The notes under the pieces were generated by a model that saw only the letters and a list, made by a program, of their open reading frames with translations, was not told where the DNA came from and searched no databases. The translations under genes and the position numbers were made by a program. From contig MHCL01000023.1 of assembly GCA_001816915.1 (NCBI GenBank), positions 1-51,123 of the forward strand: a stretch of 51,123 bases of DNA, given 5' to 3'. This stretch comes from Candidatus Chisholmbacteria bacterium RIFCSPLOWO2_01_FULL_49_14. Lineage in GTDB: Bacteria; Patescibacteriota; Microgenomatia; UBA1400; Chisholmbacteraceae. Shown here in pieces: positions 1 to 9,254 of the stretch. The stretch's first letter is position 1, and the number at the start of each line of letters is the position of its first letter.

Positions 1-102
1 ATCTTACCCGAATGAAGTGTCACCTATGTTTCTCAGCCTGCTCAATTATTTAGCGATGAGGTGTATAAGCTCGAGCATCTGCTGCTGATGAGCATACACA
101 AA

Positions 103-621
103 CTAGATGAGGTACACGGCGATTCCCGGCTGGACCAGGTAAGTTTCGACCCAGCTGTCGGTGGTTATCCGCAGAGCCTGAAGCGGAGGAAAGCCGATTT
201 CAAAGGGCAAGGGGAAGAAGAGCGGCAGCCCCTCTTTGGTGATGCCGTCGGCGAGCAAATGCGAGATATGGCCGATCATGACGGAAAAAAAGACGACCTG
301 CGGATCAACAACACCGGCGTTCACGATCTTGGGCAGGAGCCATTGCAAACCGTGATAGATGAGGAACAACCCGAGGAGGGAATGGGTAATCGTCCGGTGT
401 TTATAGAACATTCTCCTGAACACCCTGCCGAGCGCGTCGCCTCCAGGCAGGAGGTCCCATAAGCGGTTACCGGCCTGGTCCATGTCCGGAATGAGGGCGC
501 CGACGATGTTCCCAACAAGAGAAACAACGAACGTAAAAAGATTCAAAGCAGCGGGAGGGTAGAACGCGGCGACGGTTACCAGCGAGGCAAAGGCGAATTC
601 GTCGTGGGTGCGGGCGGTCAC
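103..621 (-). CDS. Membrane-bound metal-dependent hydrolase (YdjM / LexA-binding family)
   Basis: GTG start 3 nt after the secA stop giving (M)TARTH. Motifs GALIPDMD, HRTITHSL, HISHLLADGIT. Hydrophobic segments. The TAG at 103-105 may be premature (see findings). Confidence 0.8.
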   Translation of the reverse strand: MTARTHDEFAFASLVTVAAFYPPAALNLFTFVVSLVGNIVGALIPDMDQAGNRLWDLLPGGDALGRVFRRMFYKHRTITHSLLGLFLIYHGLQWLLPKIVNAGVVDPQVVFFSVMIGHISHLLADGITKEGLPLFFPLPFEIGFPPLQALRITTDSWVETYLVQPGIAVYLI

Positions 622-623
622 TT

Positions 624-3509
624 CTAATTCGGAGGCATTTGCGGATAATGGCACTTCTTAAATTTCTTACCGGAGCCGCACCAGCATGGGTCGTTGCGGC
701 CGATTTTCCTTTTTTTCCCCACCGGCTGGGAGCCTGACGTCGGACGATTGGTCCTCATCGAGGAAGTTGACGGACCAAGACTGGCAAACGCCGAGGCGAA
801 ATCATCCGCGCCTTCTTTTACCGGTTTACCCTTTTGTGGAGGAGGAACTTGGGCTTGTTTCGCGTCTGCAACAGGCACCTCCGGCTCCTCGGCCTGCGGT
901 TTTTCGGCTTTGGCTTCGGGGGGAACCGCCTGCTGTGCGACCGGGCGCAATTGGATCCTGAAGACCGTGCGGGCCACCTCATAACCCGTTTGGGCGATCA
1001 AGCGTTCAAACATACCGAAGGCTTCTTTCTTGTATTCAACGAGCGCCGTCTGCTTGTCCCCCCGCAGTCCAATTCCTTCCCTCAGCTCATCGATGTTGTC
1101 CAAATGGTCCATCCACAGGCGGTCGCTTACCGAAAGGAGGGTGAAGCGTTCAACCTGGCGCATCATGGCGGGCGTCATCTGCGTTTCGCGGTTTTGGTAG
1201 GTTGATTGCACGAGCTCCAATAATTTGGCTTTCACAAGCTGCGGATCGGCTATCGAACGCAGGCTGTCTTTGAGTCGGTTTTGCGAGGCCGAGTCAAAGG
1301 GGACAATCCCTATGAAGTCCTTGAGAATCGCGTCAAGTTCGGTTTCCGTGATCCCCTCGGGAGCGCGCAGCGCAATACTGTTAGCGATTTCCTCATCGAG
1401 AATGCCGATGATGCGTTCCTTCTGCTGAGTAGCATGCTCTTCTTGGCTTTCCTGAAGAATCTTATTTCGGCGCTTGTAGAAGATTTCGCGCTGCTTGTTC
1501 ATGATGTCGTCGTATTCAACGAGCCGTTTGCGGGCATCGAAGTGGAAGCCCTCCACTTTGACTTGGGCTTGTTCGATGGCTTTGGAAACCATGCCCGCCT
1601 CAATCGGCTGGTCTTCGGGGATCTTCAAGGCGGTCATCAGCCGCTGCACCTGTTCACCCCCGAAGATGCGCATGATGTCATCGTCCAACGACACGAAGAA
1701 ACGGGATTGGCCGGGGTCGCCCTGCCTGCCCGAACGTCCGCGCAGCTGATTGTCGATTCTTCTTGACTCGTGGCGCTCGGTTCCCAGGACATAGAGGCCT
1801 CCGAGCCGGACGACTTTTTCATGCTCTGCCCTCCATTTATCCATCGCCTGCTTGTCGCTTTCATCCCCCAACTTCGCGCCTCCTTCGCCGAAGTGGCTAC
1901 GAAGGCGGAGTGAAGCTTCGGCGGGCAAGTCCGGAGGAGATCCTCCCAAGACAATATCAACTCCGCGACCGGCCATGTTGGTGGCGACCGTTACGGCCCC
2001 GACTTTACCCGCATCGGCGAGGATCTGGGCCTCTTTTTCATGCTGTTTGGCATTCAAAACCTGATGGGGAATCTTCTTGCGCTTCAGATACTCGGAAATG
2101 GCTTCGTTATTATCAATCGAGCGGGTGCCCAATAGCACCGGCTGTCCCCGCTCGTAGGCTTTGGTTACTTCGGCAACCACCGCGCCGTACTTGGCGCGCA
2201 TGGTTTTGTAAACGATATCCGGATTATCCTTCCTCACCATCGGCTGGTTCGTCGGGACCACAACCACATCGAGGTTGTAGATTTTTTTGAATTCCTCGGC
2301 TTCGGTGGCGGCGGTGCCCGTCATGCCTGCCAGCTTCTCGTACATCCTGAAGTAGTTCTGCAGTGTGACGGTGGCCAGGGTGCGGGATTCCTGCTGAATT
2401 TTGACGTTTTCCTTGGCTTCTATAGCCTGGTGCAGGCCGTCGGAATAGCGGCGTCCGTACATGAGCCGGCCGGTGTGCTCATCGACGATGATGATCTGTC
2501 CATCCTTGATGACATATTCCTTATCCCGATTAAAGAGGGTCTTGGCTTTGAGGGCTTGCTCGACGTGATGGATCGTCTGGAAGTCCTTTTCATAGAGATT
2601 GTCCACATGGAGGCGGCTTTCAATTTTTTTGATCCCCCGGTCGGTGAGATTGGCCGTCCGGTGCTTTTCATCCACCTCATAGTCGGCATCGGGTGAAAGT
2701 TGGGTGATGAGACCGGCAAATTCATAGTACTTGCTGGTGGGTTCGGTATCCGGAGCCGAAATGATGAGGGGCGTGCGCGCTTCATCCACGAGGATCGAGT
2801 CGACTTCATCGACGATGGCAAAGTGGTGTTCGCGCTGGACCTGCTGTTCAAGGTCTCCCGCCATGTTATCGCGCAGATAATCGAAGCCAAATTCGTTATT
2901 GGTGCCGTAAGTAATATCGGCGCTGTAGGCTTCTTTCCTCGAGACCGGACGCAGATGCCTGAGGCGTTCGTCCGTCTGGCCGGCTTCACTGAATTCGGGA
3001 TCAAAAAGGGCGGCCGGCAGTTGGCCTTCGCCCGCATAGATGACCGAGGTGGATATCCCCAAAGCCTGGTAGATCGGGCCCATCCAGCCGCAGTCCCGGC
3101 GGGCAAGATAGTCGTTGACGGTCACCAAATGGACGCCCCGCTGCGACAGGGCATTGAGGTAGAGGGCGCTGGTGGCGGAAAGGGTTTTTCCCTCTCCGGT
3201 TTTTTGTTCGGCGATTTTTCCCTGGTGAAAGACGATCCCCGCCATCAACTGGACGTCGAAATGGCGAAGTCCGGTGGCTCGGCGCGATGCTTCCCTTGCC
3301 GCAGCGAATGCCTCAGGGAGGAGGTCGTTGACCGTTTCTCCACGCTCGAGACGGAGACGAAACTCCACCGTTTTTGCCCTGAGATCTTCATCTGAGAATC
3401 TTTTATATTCCTCTTCGAAGCTGTTGATCGAATTGACGATGGGGGTGAATTTTTTTAATTCCCGTTCGTTGGAGTCCAACAGCTTCCCCAGGAAATTAAA
3501 CAAAGCCAT
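624..3509 (-). CDS. secA: Preprotein translocase ATPase SecA
   Basis: KTGEGKT, VTVNDYLARRD, IVDEVDSILVDEARTPLIIS, ATNMAGRG, ERHESRRIDNQLRGRSGRQGDPG and C-terminal SEC-C motif GRNDPCWCGSGKKFKKCH. Start placed at ATG 3509. Confidence 0.98.
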   Translation of the reverse strand: MALFNFLGKLLDSNERELKKFTPIVNSINSFEEEYKRFSDEDLRAKTVEFRLRLERGETVNDLLPEAFAAAREASRRATGLRHFDVQLMAGIVFHQGKIAEQKTGEGKTLSATSALYLNALSQRGVHLVTVNDYLARRDCGWMGPIYQALGISTSVIYAGEGQLPAALFDPEFSEAGQTDERLRHLRPVSRKEAYSADITYGTNNEFGFDYLRDNMAGDLEQQVQREHHFAIVDEVDSILVDEARTPLIISAPDTEPTSKYYEFAGLITQLSPDADYEVDEKHRTANLTDRGIKKIESRLHVDNLYEKDFQTIHHVEQALKAKTLFNRDKEYVIKDGQIIIVDEHTGRLMYGRRYSDGLHQAIEAKENVKIQQESRTLATVTLQNYFRMYEKLAGMTGTAATEAEEFKKIYNLDVVVVPTNQPMVRKDNPDIVYKTMRAKYGAVVAEVTKAYERGQPVLLGTRSIDNNEAISEYLKRKKIPHQVLNAKQHEKEAQILADAGKVGAVTVATNMAGRGVDIVLGGSPPDLPAEASLRLRSHFGEGGAKLGDESDKQAMDKWRAEHEKVVRLGGLYVLGTERHESRRIDNQLRGRSGRQGDPGQSRFFVSLDDDIMRIFGGEQVQRLMTALKIPEDQPIEAGMVSKAIEQAQVKVEGFHFDARKRLVEYDDIMNKQREIFYKRRNKILQESQEEHATQQKERIIGILDEEIANSIALRAPEGITETELDAILKDFIGIVPFDSASQNRLKDSLRSIADPQLVKAKLLELVQSTYQNRETQMTPAMMRQVERFTLLSVSDRLWMDHLDNIDELREGIGLRGDKQTALVEYKKEAFGMFERLIAQTGYEVARTVFRIQLRPVAQQAVPPEAKAEKPQAEEPEVPVADAKQAQVPPPQKGKPVKEGADDFASAFASLGPSTSSMRTNRPTSGSQPVGKKRKIGRNDPCWCGSGKKFKKCHYPQMPPN
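1867..1930 (-). repeat. Nested palindromic elements inserted in-frame in secA
   Basis: Outer ACTTGCCCGCCGAAGCTTCA|GCGAAGTTGGG is interrupted by a 33-nt hairpin CTCCGCCTTCGTAGCCACTTCGGCGAAGGAGGC (1878-1910). Translates as LPAEAS-LRLRSHFGEGG-AKLG. Confidence 0.65.
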
Positions 3510-3558
3510 ACCGATGTATTGTAACGTACGAGCGTCGGAAAAACCAGGCGTCAATCAA

Positions 3559-4218
3559 CTACTTGGATGCTCGTTTCCCTACTGAAAAGATCGCATTGGC
3601 CGGGGATGGCAGCCTCTCGACCTGTGCAAATGCTTCTTCCAGCGCCCTTTTCATGCCCGCAGGGCCGAGAGGATCGCCGGACCTGATCAGATAATTAAAC
3701 AGCGCCAAACCGTTCGTTTTGAGCAGGCGATTAATTGCCTTGAGAAAATCAGGCTCCCTCACCTGCGGCGCTGCCGTACCACCCAGATAAAGGTCCACCA
3801 GGATGAGATCAAAAAGCGGTTGCTTTTTCTCAATTGCTCTTTTCTTGAGCCAAGCAATGGCATCAGACTGAATAATCCTGAGGTTTGCAATCTGATCCAG
3901 ATGAAGATACGTTTTTCCCAGCTTGATCATCAGCGGATCAAGTTCGATTCCTGTTAGCTTTGCATCTTTCCATAAGGCAGCGCTGATTCCGGCAGACGAA
4001 CCGGCTCCGAGACCCAGAATGAGAATACGGGGTTTTACCAATCTTTCCGTCTTTTTTATCCCGACAAGCACCGACTTCCAAATACTTTCTACCAGACCTC
4101 CGCTCTGCGTATATCCACCGGCATTGATCGACCATTTGCCGAAAAGTTTGATCACCGAGATGGTTCCGTTGATCTTTGAGATTCGTGTTTCGACGGTTTT
4201 GGGGAAGAAGAACATCAT
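3559..4218 (-). CDS. Class I SAM-dependent methyltransferase, spermidine synthase-like
   Basis: ILILGLGAGS, GIELDP, DAIAWL and FDLILVDLY motifs. Confidence 0.85.
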   Translation of the reverse strand: MMFFFPKTVETRISKINGTISVIKLFGKWSINAGGYTQSGGLVESIWKSVLVGIKKTERLVKPRILILGLGAGSSAGISAALWKDAKLTGIELDPLMIKLGKTYLHLDQIANLRIIQSDAIAWLKKRAIEKKQPLFDLILVDLYLGGTAAPQVREPDFLKAINRLLKTNGLALFNYLIRSGDPLGPAGMKRALEEAFAQVERLPSPANAIFSVGKRASK

Positions 4219-4221
4219 ACA

Positions 4222-4318
4222 AATGAAAAGTTTAAAGTTAAAAATTTAAAATTGAAATTTCAAGTTAAAAATTTTATTCATTTTGAATTGCAATTTTACA
4301 TTCTTCATTTGACATCCT
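4222..4318. repeat. Degenerate AT-rich 7-mer arrays in inverted arrangement
   Basis: tttaaag ttaaaaa tttaaaa ttgaaat followed by the complementary-type units ttttgaa ttgcaat tttacat tcttcat, filling the intergenic space. Confidence 0.6.
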
Positions 4319-4321
4319 AAA

Positions 4322-5380
4322 TTACTCGATCTTGTTCTCCAGTTCCTTGAGAATTTTTTGGCGAAGGGCGTTCCATTCATCGATTCTCGGCTTGATCAAT
4401 GATTCGCTGACGTATACTCCGGGCTTTTGCTCCCGATCGAAACCCAAGTTTAAGAGCGTCGCCGCTGCCAGGTCCCGATCAATAATTGAGGGTGCGCCGA
4501 TGACAACCACAATCAATTGCGTTTCATCGCGGGTCGCGGTGACGATTGTGCTGTGCTTGGCTTCCTCTGTGTAGCCGATCTTCAAACCGTCAACCCCCGG
4601 GTAGGTTCCGAGGAGCGCATTCCAATTCGGAAGATGATAGAACCCATGACGCGGAGATTTGTCTATCGTTGCATAGATCGTTCCCGCTGATTTGCGGATC
4701 AACGGATAGTTCCCATAGGCGAAGTGCGCGAGTCGCGTTAAGTCGTAGGCGTTCGAATACTGGCCGGGATCATCGAAGCCCTGCGTATTGGTAAAATGCG
4801 TGTCACCCAGTCCCAAGGCATCGCTTTTTTTATTCATGAGAGCAACGAAGATTTGTTCGTTCCCGTTGTATCGGTGGAGCACTTCTTCTCCTATGATGGT
4901 CGCCGCGTCATTGGCGGAAGTGGCGATCATCGCCGGGATCAGTTCTGCAAGCGTGAATACCTCACCCACCTGGACACCCAAAACAGTGGGTTCTTGGGTG
5001 GCAGCCCGTCCGGACGCGATGAGTTGTGAAGACGGCGATGCGACGTCGAGTGAAACCATGGCAGTCATGAGTTTCGTGAGCGATGCAGGTGAGACGCGCC
5101 GGGTGGCGTTGAACGCCGAATAAACTTCTCCCGTCTTCGCATTGACCACCAGATATGCCGAGAGATCTGTGAGTTTCGGATCATCCACCGGCTGAAACGT
5201 ACCCTGCCGCAAGAGCGGGTGAAAGAGCGACGAATCGCTGACGAAGAGACTCGGGATCAAGATACGCAGAGACTCTTCCATCTGATCTTCGTCTGTCAAT
5301 TTCGGATGCAGGAGAAAGAGGGTAATGAGCAGGACAAAGATAAAGGCGAGCTTGCGCAAGATTGTTCTATTGAAAGCCAT
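4322..5380 (-). CDS. D-alanyl-D-alanine carboxypeptidase (peptidase S11)
   Basis: N-terminal membrane anchor. SxxK (PASLTKLMT), SxN (SAND) and KTG-like (GLKIGYT) motifs. Confidence 0.9.
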   Translation of the reverse strand: MAFNRTILRKLAFIFVLLITLFLLHPKLTDEDQMEESLRILIPSLFVSDSSLFHPLLRQGTFQPVDDPKLTDLSAYLVVNAKTGEVYSAFNATRRVSPASLTKLMTAMVSLDVASPSSQLIASGRAATQEPTVLGVQVGEVFTLAELIPAMIATSANDAATIIGEEVLHRYNGNEQIFVALMNKKSDALGLGDTHFTNTQGFDDPGQYSNAYDLTRLAHFAYGNYPLIRKSAGTIYATIDKSPRHGFYHLPNWNALLGTYPGVDGLKIGYTEEAKHSTIVTATRDETQLIVVVIGAPSIIDRDLAAATLLNLGFDREQKPGVYVSESLIKPRIDEWNALRQKILKELENKIE

Positions 5381-5514
5381 TACCGACTGATTGTAGCAAA
5401 TGAAGGGAAAAAGGAAGAAATTATTCTAAGGGGATATTTTCGGAAAAACATCCTGATGATGCAGGTCAGTTACTGGGATTCCACAAATGAATCCTATAAA
5501 TCATGCTTTATTAG

Positions 5515-6780
5515 CTACTTGTTCTTGGGGGTGAGTTTGTCTTTTCCGACGTAGCCGCGAAGCAGGCTGGGAACGATGATTGAACCGTCCTTTTGCTGGT
5601 AGTTTTCCAGAATCGCGCCCAGCACGCGGGGAGTAGCGATGACCGTGTTATTCAAGGTATAGACGAATTTGGTTTCCCCCTGATGGGTGCGGTAGCGCAT
5701 GTTCAAACGCCGGGATTGGAAATCGTAAAAGAAGCTGTCCGAGTGGGTTTCGCGATATTTGTTCTGCGCAGGAAACCAAGTTTCGATGTCATACTTTTTC
5801 ACTTGTCCGGCTCCCATGTCGCCGGTACACATCAGCACCACCTGATACGGCAGTTCGAGTTCGCGCAGGATATCTTCGGAAAAAGAGAGCATTTTTTCAT
5901 GCCAGCTTTCGCTCTCCTGCCTGTCCGCGGCATGCAGGACAACCTGTTCGACTTTGTTGAATTGATGCAGGCGGAATATCCCCCTGGTGTCCTTCCCGTA
6001 CGAGCCGACTTCCCGCCTGAAACAGGGAGAGATGCCGACCAGCTTTACCGGCAGATCCTCCTCGTTGAAGGTTTCGTTCGCGTGATATGCAGTCAGTGAT
6101 ACCTCGGCCGTGCCGATAAGCTTCTTGCCGTCCTGGGTTGAGTAATGGTCCTCGATCCCCCAGGGAAAGTAGCCGGTTCCGTAGAGCGCTTCGTCATTGA
6201 CGAGCCAGGGGACCGTCATCGGCGTAAAGCCCTGCTTCACCATATATTTGAGCGAAAAGTCCAGAAGTCCCATCTCCATGAGCACCAGCTCGTTTTTGGT
6301 GAAGAAACTCCGGAAGCCGGCGATTTTTACGCCTCGATCAAGATCAATGAGATCATGCATTTCCCCCAACGTCACGTGGTCTTTGGGTTCAAAGTTCATG
6401 GATGGCGGCGTTCCCCAGCGTCGGATGACCTGGTTTCCTGACTCATCCAAACCGACCGGAACATCCGGCGCGGGGACGGAGGGAACCTGAAGCATTAATT
6501 CGGAGAAGCCTGCTTCGGTTTTTTTGAGCTGGGGTTCGATATCTTTTAATGTCTTTTTAATCTCTCCCGCCTGCTCTTGCAGTTCTTCTGATTTTTTTAC
6601 CGCCATTTCTTTGGAGATGGCATTTCTTTCCGCCCGCAGCTGTTCGACCTTTGCCCTTAATTCACGGCGTTTGGCATCAAATCGAAGCACCTCGTCGACA
6701 ACTTTGGGGTTGAGGTTCTTGTCGCGGGCGGCTTTTCTGACTGTATCCGCGTGGTCGCGGATAAATTGGATGTCGAGCAT
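5515..6780 (-). CDS. serS: Serine--tRNA ligase
   Basis: MLDIQFIR start, coiled-coil arm, GTAEV, CFRREVGSYGKDTRGIFRLHQFNKVE, KKYDIETW, YTLNNT..ATPR...ILENYQ. Confidence 0.98.
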   Translation of the reverse strand: MLDIQFIRDHADTVRKAARDKNLNPKVVDEVLRFDAKRRELRAKVEQLRAERNAISKEMAVKKSEELQEQAGEIKKTLKDIEPQLKKTEAGFSELMLQVPSVPAPDVPVGLDESGNQVIRRWGTPPSMNFEPKDHVTLGEMHDLIDLDRGVKIAGFRSFFTKNELVLMEMGLLDFSLKYMVKQGFTPMTVPWLVNDEALYGTGYFPWGIEDHYSTQDGKKLIGTAEVSLTAYHANETFNEEDLPVKLVGISPCFRREVGSYGKDTRGIFRLHQFNKVEQVVLHAADRQESESWHEKMLSFSEDILRELELPYQVVLMCTGDMGAGQVKKYDIETWFPAQNKYRETHSDSFFYDFQSRRLNMRYRTHQGETKFVYTLNNTVIATPRVLGAILENYQQKDGSIIVPSLLRGYVGKDKLTPKNK

Positions 6781-6863
6781 AGGGATTAGGTTATTAGCTT
6801 ACTAGGTTATTAGCGTATTAGCTTTTTAGTTTATTCGCTTGTTTGGGTTTAGGGATTAGGGAT
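6780..6863. repeat. 8-mer array (TAGSTTAT-like) embedded in TAGGGAT 7-mers upstream of serS
   Basis: tagggat taggttat tagcttac taggttat tagcgtat tagctttt tagtttat tcgcttgt ttgggtt tagggat tagggat. Confidence 0.75.
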
Positions 6864-6904
6864 CCTGTCACCTTGATTCTTCCGGATTCTGCCTTTTCTT
6901 TCCT

Positions 6905-7228
6905 TTACTCAGTCTGTTCGTCAGGTATTCGGGTCACGACTTCCCTTGTCCCTCCTCCTCTATCTTCCAGTTTTACTTCTGCTCCGGGCGGAGCTTCAAC
7001 CTGAGCCTTTTCTAATTCCGCTTGGGCTTGCGCATCGGCCTCTGCACCTGTCATTTCTTTCTTTGGTTCGCTGCCCGAGCTTACCATCACCGTTTTATTT
7101 CTTCTGAATATTGAACGTAACTTCTGTAAAATACTCGGTTTTGGCTCTTCTTTCAGGGTTTCTGCTCTCCAATCTGAGAGCGAGTCGGTACCTCCGACTT
7201 TTGGTACTTCATTACCTTGATCGTCCAT
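6905..7228 (-). CDS. Hypothetical protein, acidic
   Basis: 107-aa ORF preceded by a strong SD (GGAGGTGAGGAG). Confidence 0.65.
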   Translation of the reverse strand: MDDQGNEVPKVGGTDSLSDWRAETLKEEPKPSILQKLRSIFRRNKTVMVSSGSEPKKEMTGAEADAQAQAELEKAQVEAPPGAEVKLEDRGGGTREVVTRIPDEQTE

Positions 7229-7269
7229 TTCTCCTCACCTCCTTTTTTCTTGCTTCTCTCGTTCCTTGA

Positions 7270-7746
7270 CTATTGTAACAGCTTGTTCGATTTTATGATC
7301 TTGTCCGCCGCTTCGATGAATTCATCCGTAAGGGGTAAGACCTTGAGCTTCTTGACCTCCTGCGGATACCACCAATGAAAGGCGGAAGTTTCTTTTTCCG
7401 GGTCGTTGTCGAGCGAGATCTTTTGGTTCCCGATGTCTACGAGGTAACAGAGCAATGTCAGGTGAACGTCGACATTAAGATCGATATGTTTTCCTTTTTT
7501 ATAGACAATCGATCTGACAATCGGGTAGGGAAAGAGAATCTTTGCCGTGACGCCAAGTTCTTCGCGCATTTCCCGAGTGAGGGCCTGTTCCGGCGATTCT
7601 CCGAATTCGATTTCTCCACCGGCAAGCTGCCATTTCCCGTCCCAGAACTTCCTTCCCGGAGCACGCCTCTGCGTCAGAAGCAACTGGCCTTTGCGGTTGA
7701 TGGGAAGGGCCAACACGCCGGTGATCCTTGTTTGAGATCTGGACAT
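7270..7746 (-). CDS. NUDIX hydrolase
   Basis: Nudix box GGEIEFGESPEQALTREMREELGV. Start placed at MSRSQT. Confidence 0.9.
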   Translation of the reverse strand: MSRSQTRITGVLALPINRKGQLLLTQRRAPGRKFWDGKWQLAGGEIEFGESPEQALTREMREELGVTAKILFPYPIVRSIVYKKGKHIDLNVDVHLTLLCYLVDIGNQKISLDNDPEKETSAFHWWYPQEVKKLKVLPLTDEFIEAADKIIKSNKLLQ

Positions 7747-7774
7747 TATTTGATGGCTAAGGGCTAAGGGAGAA

Positions 7775-8326
7775 TTATAAGCCGAGGTCGGCGGCAATTC
7801 CCTGCATAGCCTGGAATACCGTTTCGATATGGTCCCAGAGATCAACCCCCAGTTTCTGCGCCGCTTTTTCGACCTCCGCTCTCCTGACCCCTTTGGCAAA
7901 TTCTTTGGTTTTCCATTTTTTCTGAAGCGACTGTATTGTCACCTCGGACAGTTTCTTATGTGGATGGACCAACGCCACGGCGACGATAAATCCCGTCACG
8001 TCATCACACGCGTGAAGCGCTTTTCTAATCTTTTTCTCTCTCGGAACGCCGGTATGGTCTGCGTGGGAAAGGATCGTTTGAATCATTTCCTCATCAACGC
8101 CTCTTTCGCGAAGGATCTTTGCTCCTTCCTGCGGGTGCTGTTCGAGCGTCGGGTGAATTTCCCAATCAAAATCATGGAGTAACCCGGCAACGCGCCAGCG
8201 TTCCTCATCCTCGGCGAACTTTCCGGCATAGACGGCCATAGCGGCTTCAACCGCCAACATGTGGCGAACAAGGTTCACGTTCTTCACATACTCACGAACT
8301 ATCGCCAACGCTTCAGCACGATTCAT
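7775..8326 (-). CDS. HD-domain (HDIG-type) predicted hydrolase
   Basis: RHMLAVEAAM, GLLHDFD, ILSHA, ACDDVTGFIVA, FAKGV. Confidence 0.88.
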   Translation of the reverse strand: MNRAEALAIVREYVKNVNLVRHMLAVEAAMAVYAGKFAEDEERWRVAGLLHDFDWEIHPTLEQHPQEGAKILRERGVDEEMIQTILSHADHTGVPREKKIRKALHACDDVTGFIVAVALVHPHKKLSEVTIQSLQKKWKTKEFAKGVRRAEVEKAAQKLGVDLWDHIETVFQAMQGIAADLGL

Positions 8327-8336
8327 ATTTTCTGCA

Positions 8337-8435
8337 TCAGGAATACAAGACTACAAGAATACAGGGAATAGGGTTATTTCTGAGTTTGTTTTTTATCCTA
8401 CTATTCTCTATAGTTTTGTAATCTTATACTCTTGA
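8337..8435. repeat. Inverted 8-mer arrays (CAAGAATA / TATTCTTG-like)
   Basis: caggaata caagacta caagaata cagggaata ... tagttttg taatctta tactcttg. Confidence 0.65.
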
Positions 8436-8436
8436 A

Positions 8437-9213
8437 TTAAATCGGGTTGGGAATGTCGAGAAATTCGACCTCGAGATTCTCTTTGAAGTGGGATTTTATG
8501 CGCTTGCCCAGCTCCTGGACCCCGAAGACTTCGGTCGCGTAGTGGCCGCAGACGAAGTAGTTAATCCCCGATTCCTTCATTTTATTGGGTACGGATTCGG
8601 TGGTTTCTCCACTGATGAAGAGTTCGACCCCCTTTTCTTCCATTTCGGCGATGTGTTCCGGGTAGGGCTTGCCCGCGCCGGAGACAACAGCGATGGTTTT
8701 CACTTGCCGGGGTCCGGAAAAGACCGCAAAGATATCATGTTCAAAAAGTTCACTGCAGCGGCGCGAGAGGCTGTGCACGTCCTGCGCTGTTGCAAAGTCG
8801 GCCGTATAGCCCACATCCTCAAAGAACGGATCCCGGCGCTGCGCCCCAAGATCACGGATAATCACCGCGTTGTTGCCGATTTCCGGGTGGACGTCCAGCG
8901 CAAAATGAAGACCCATGATCGTCAGGTTTTTCTGAAAGATGAGCTTTAACCTTTTCTGGGCATAGGTGGGAATCCTGGATTTGTAGGTGCGCACGTCAAA
9001 ACCATGATGAAAGATGCAAAAGTTTGAGCCATTGTTTACCGCCTCTTTGAGGAAATCTTCATTGAGGCTGACGCCCAACGTTACCCTGTCAACATCTTCC
9101 CCACCCAGAATCTGCACCCCGTTTGCCATCTCATCCCTGTAATGGGCGAACTCCAGCACTTCCTTGCCGATTGTTTCATTAATAAAACGGATGAGTTGGT
9201 CACGCTTGATCAT
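8437..9213 (-). CDS. Nif3-like dinuclear metal centre protein (YbgI family)
   Basis: NGVQILG, FHHG, HFALDVHPEIGNN, VSGAG, FISGE, GHYATEVFG. Confidence 0.93.
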   Translation of the reverse strand: MIKRDQLIRFINETIGKEVLEFAHYRDEMANGVQILGGEDVDRVTLGVSLNEDFLKEAVNNGSNFCIFHHGFDVRTYKSRIPTYAQKRLKLIFQKNLTIMGLHFALDVHPEIGNNAVIIRDLGAQRRDPFFEDVGYTADFATAQDVHSLSRRCSELFEHDIFAVFSGPRQVKTIAVVSGAGKPYPEHIAEMEEKGVELFISGETTESVPNKMKESGINYFVCGHYATEVFGVQELGKRIKSHFKENLEVEFLDIPNPI

Positions 9214-9254
9214 AGGATTAGGGTATAGGGTTTAGGGTATAGGGTTTAGGGTTA
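9213..9254. repeat. TAGGGTW heptamer tandem repeat (5 copies)
   Basis: tagggta tagggtt tagggta tagggtt tagggtt fills the gap between the lysS stop and the next start codon. Confidence 0.9.
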
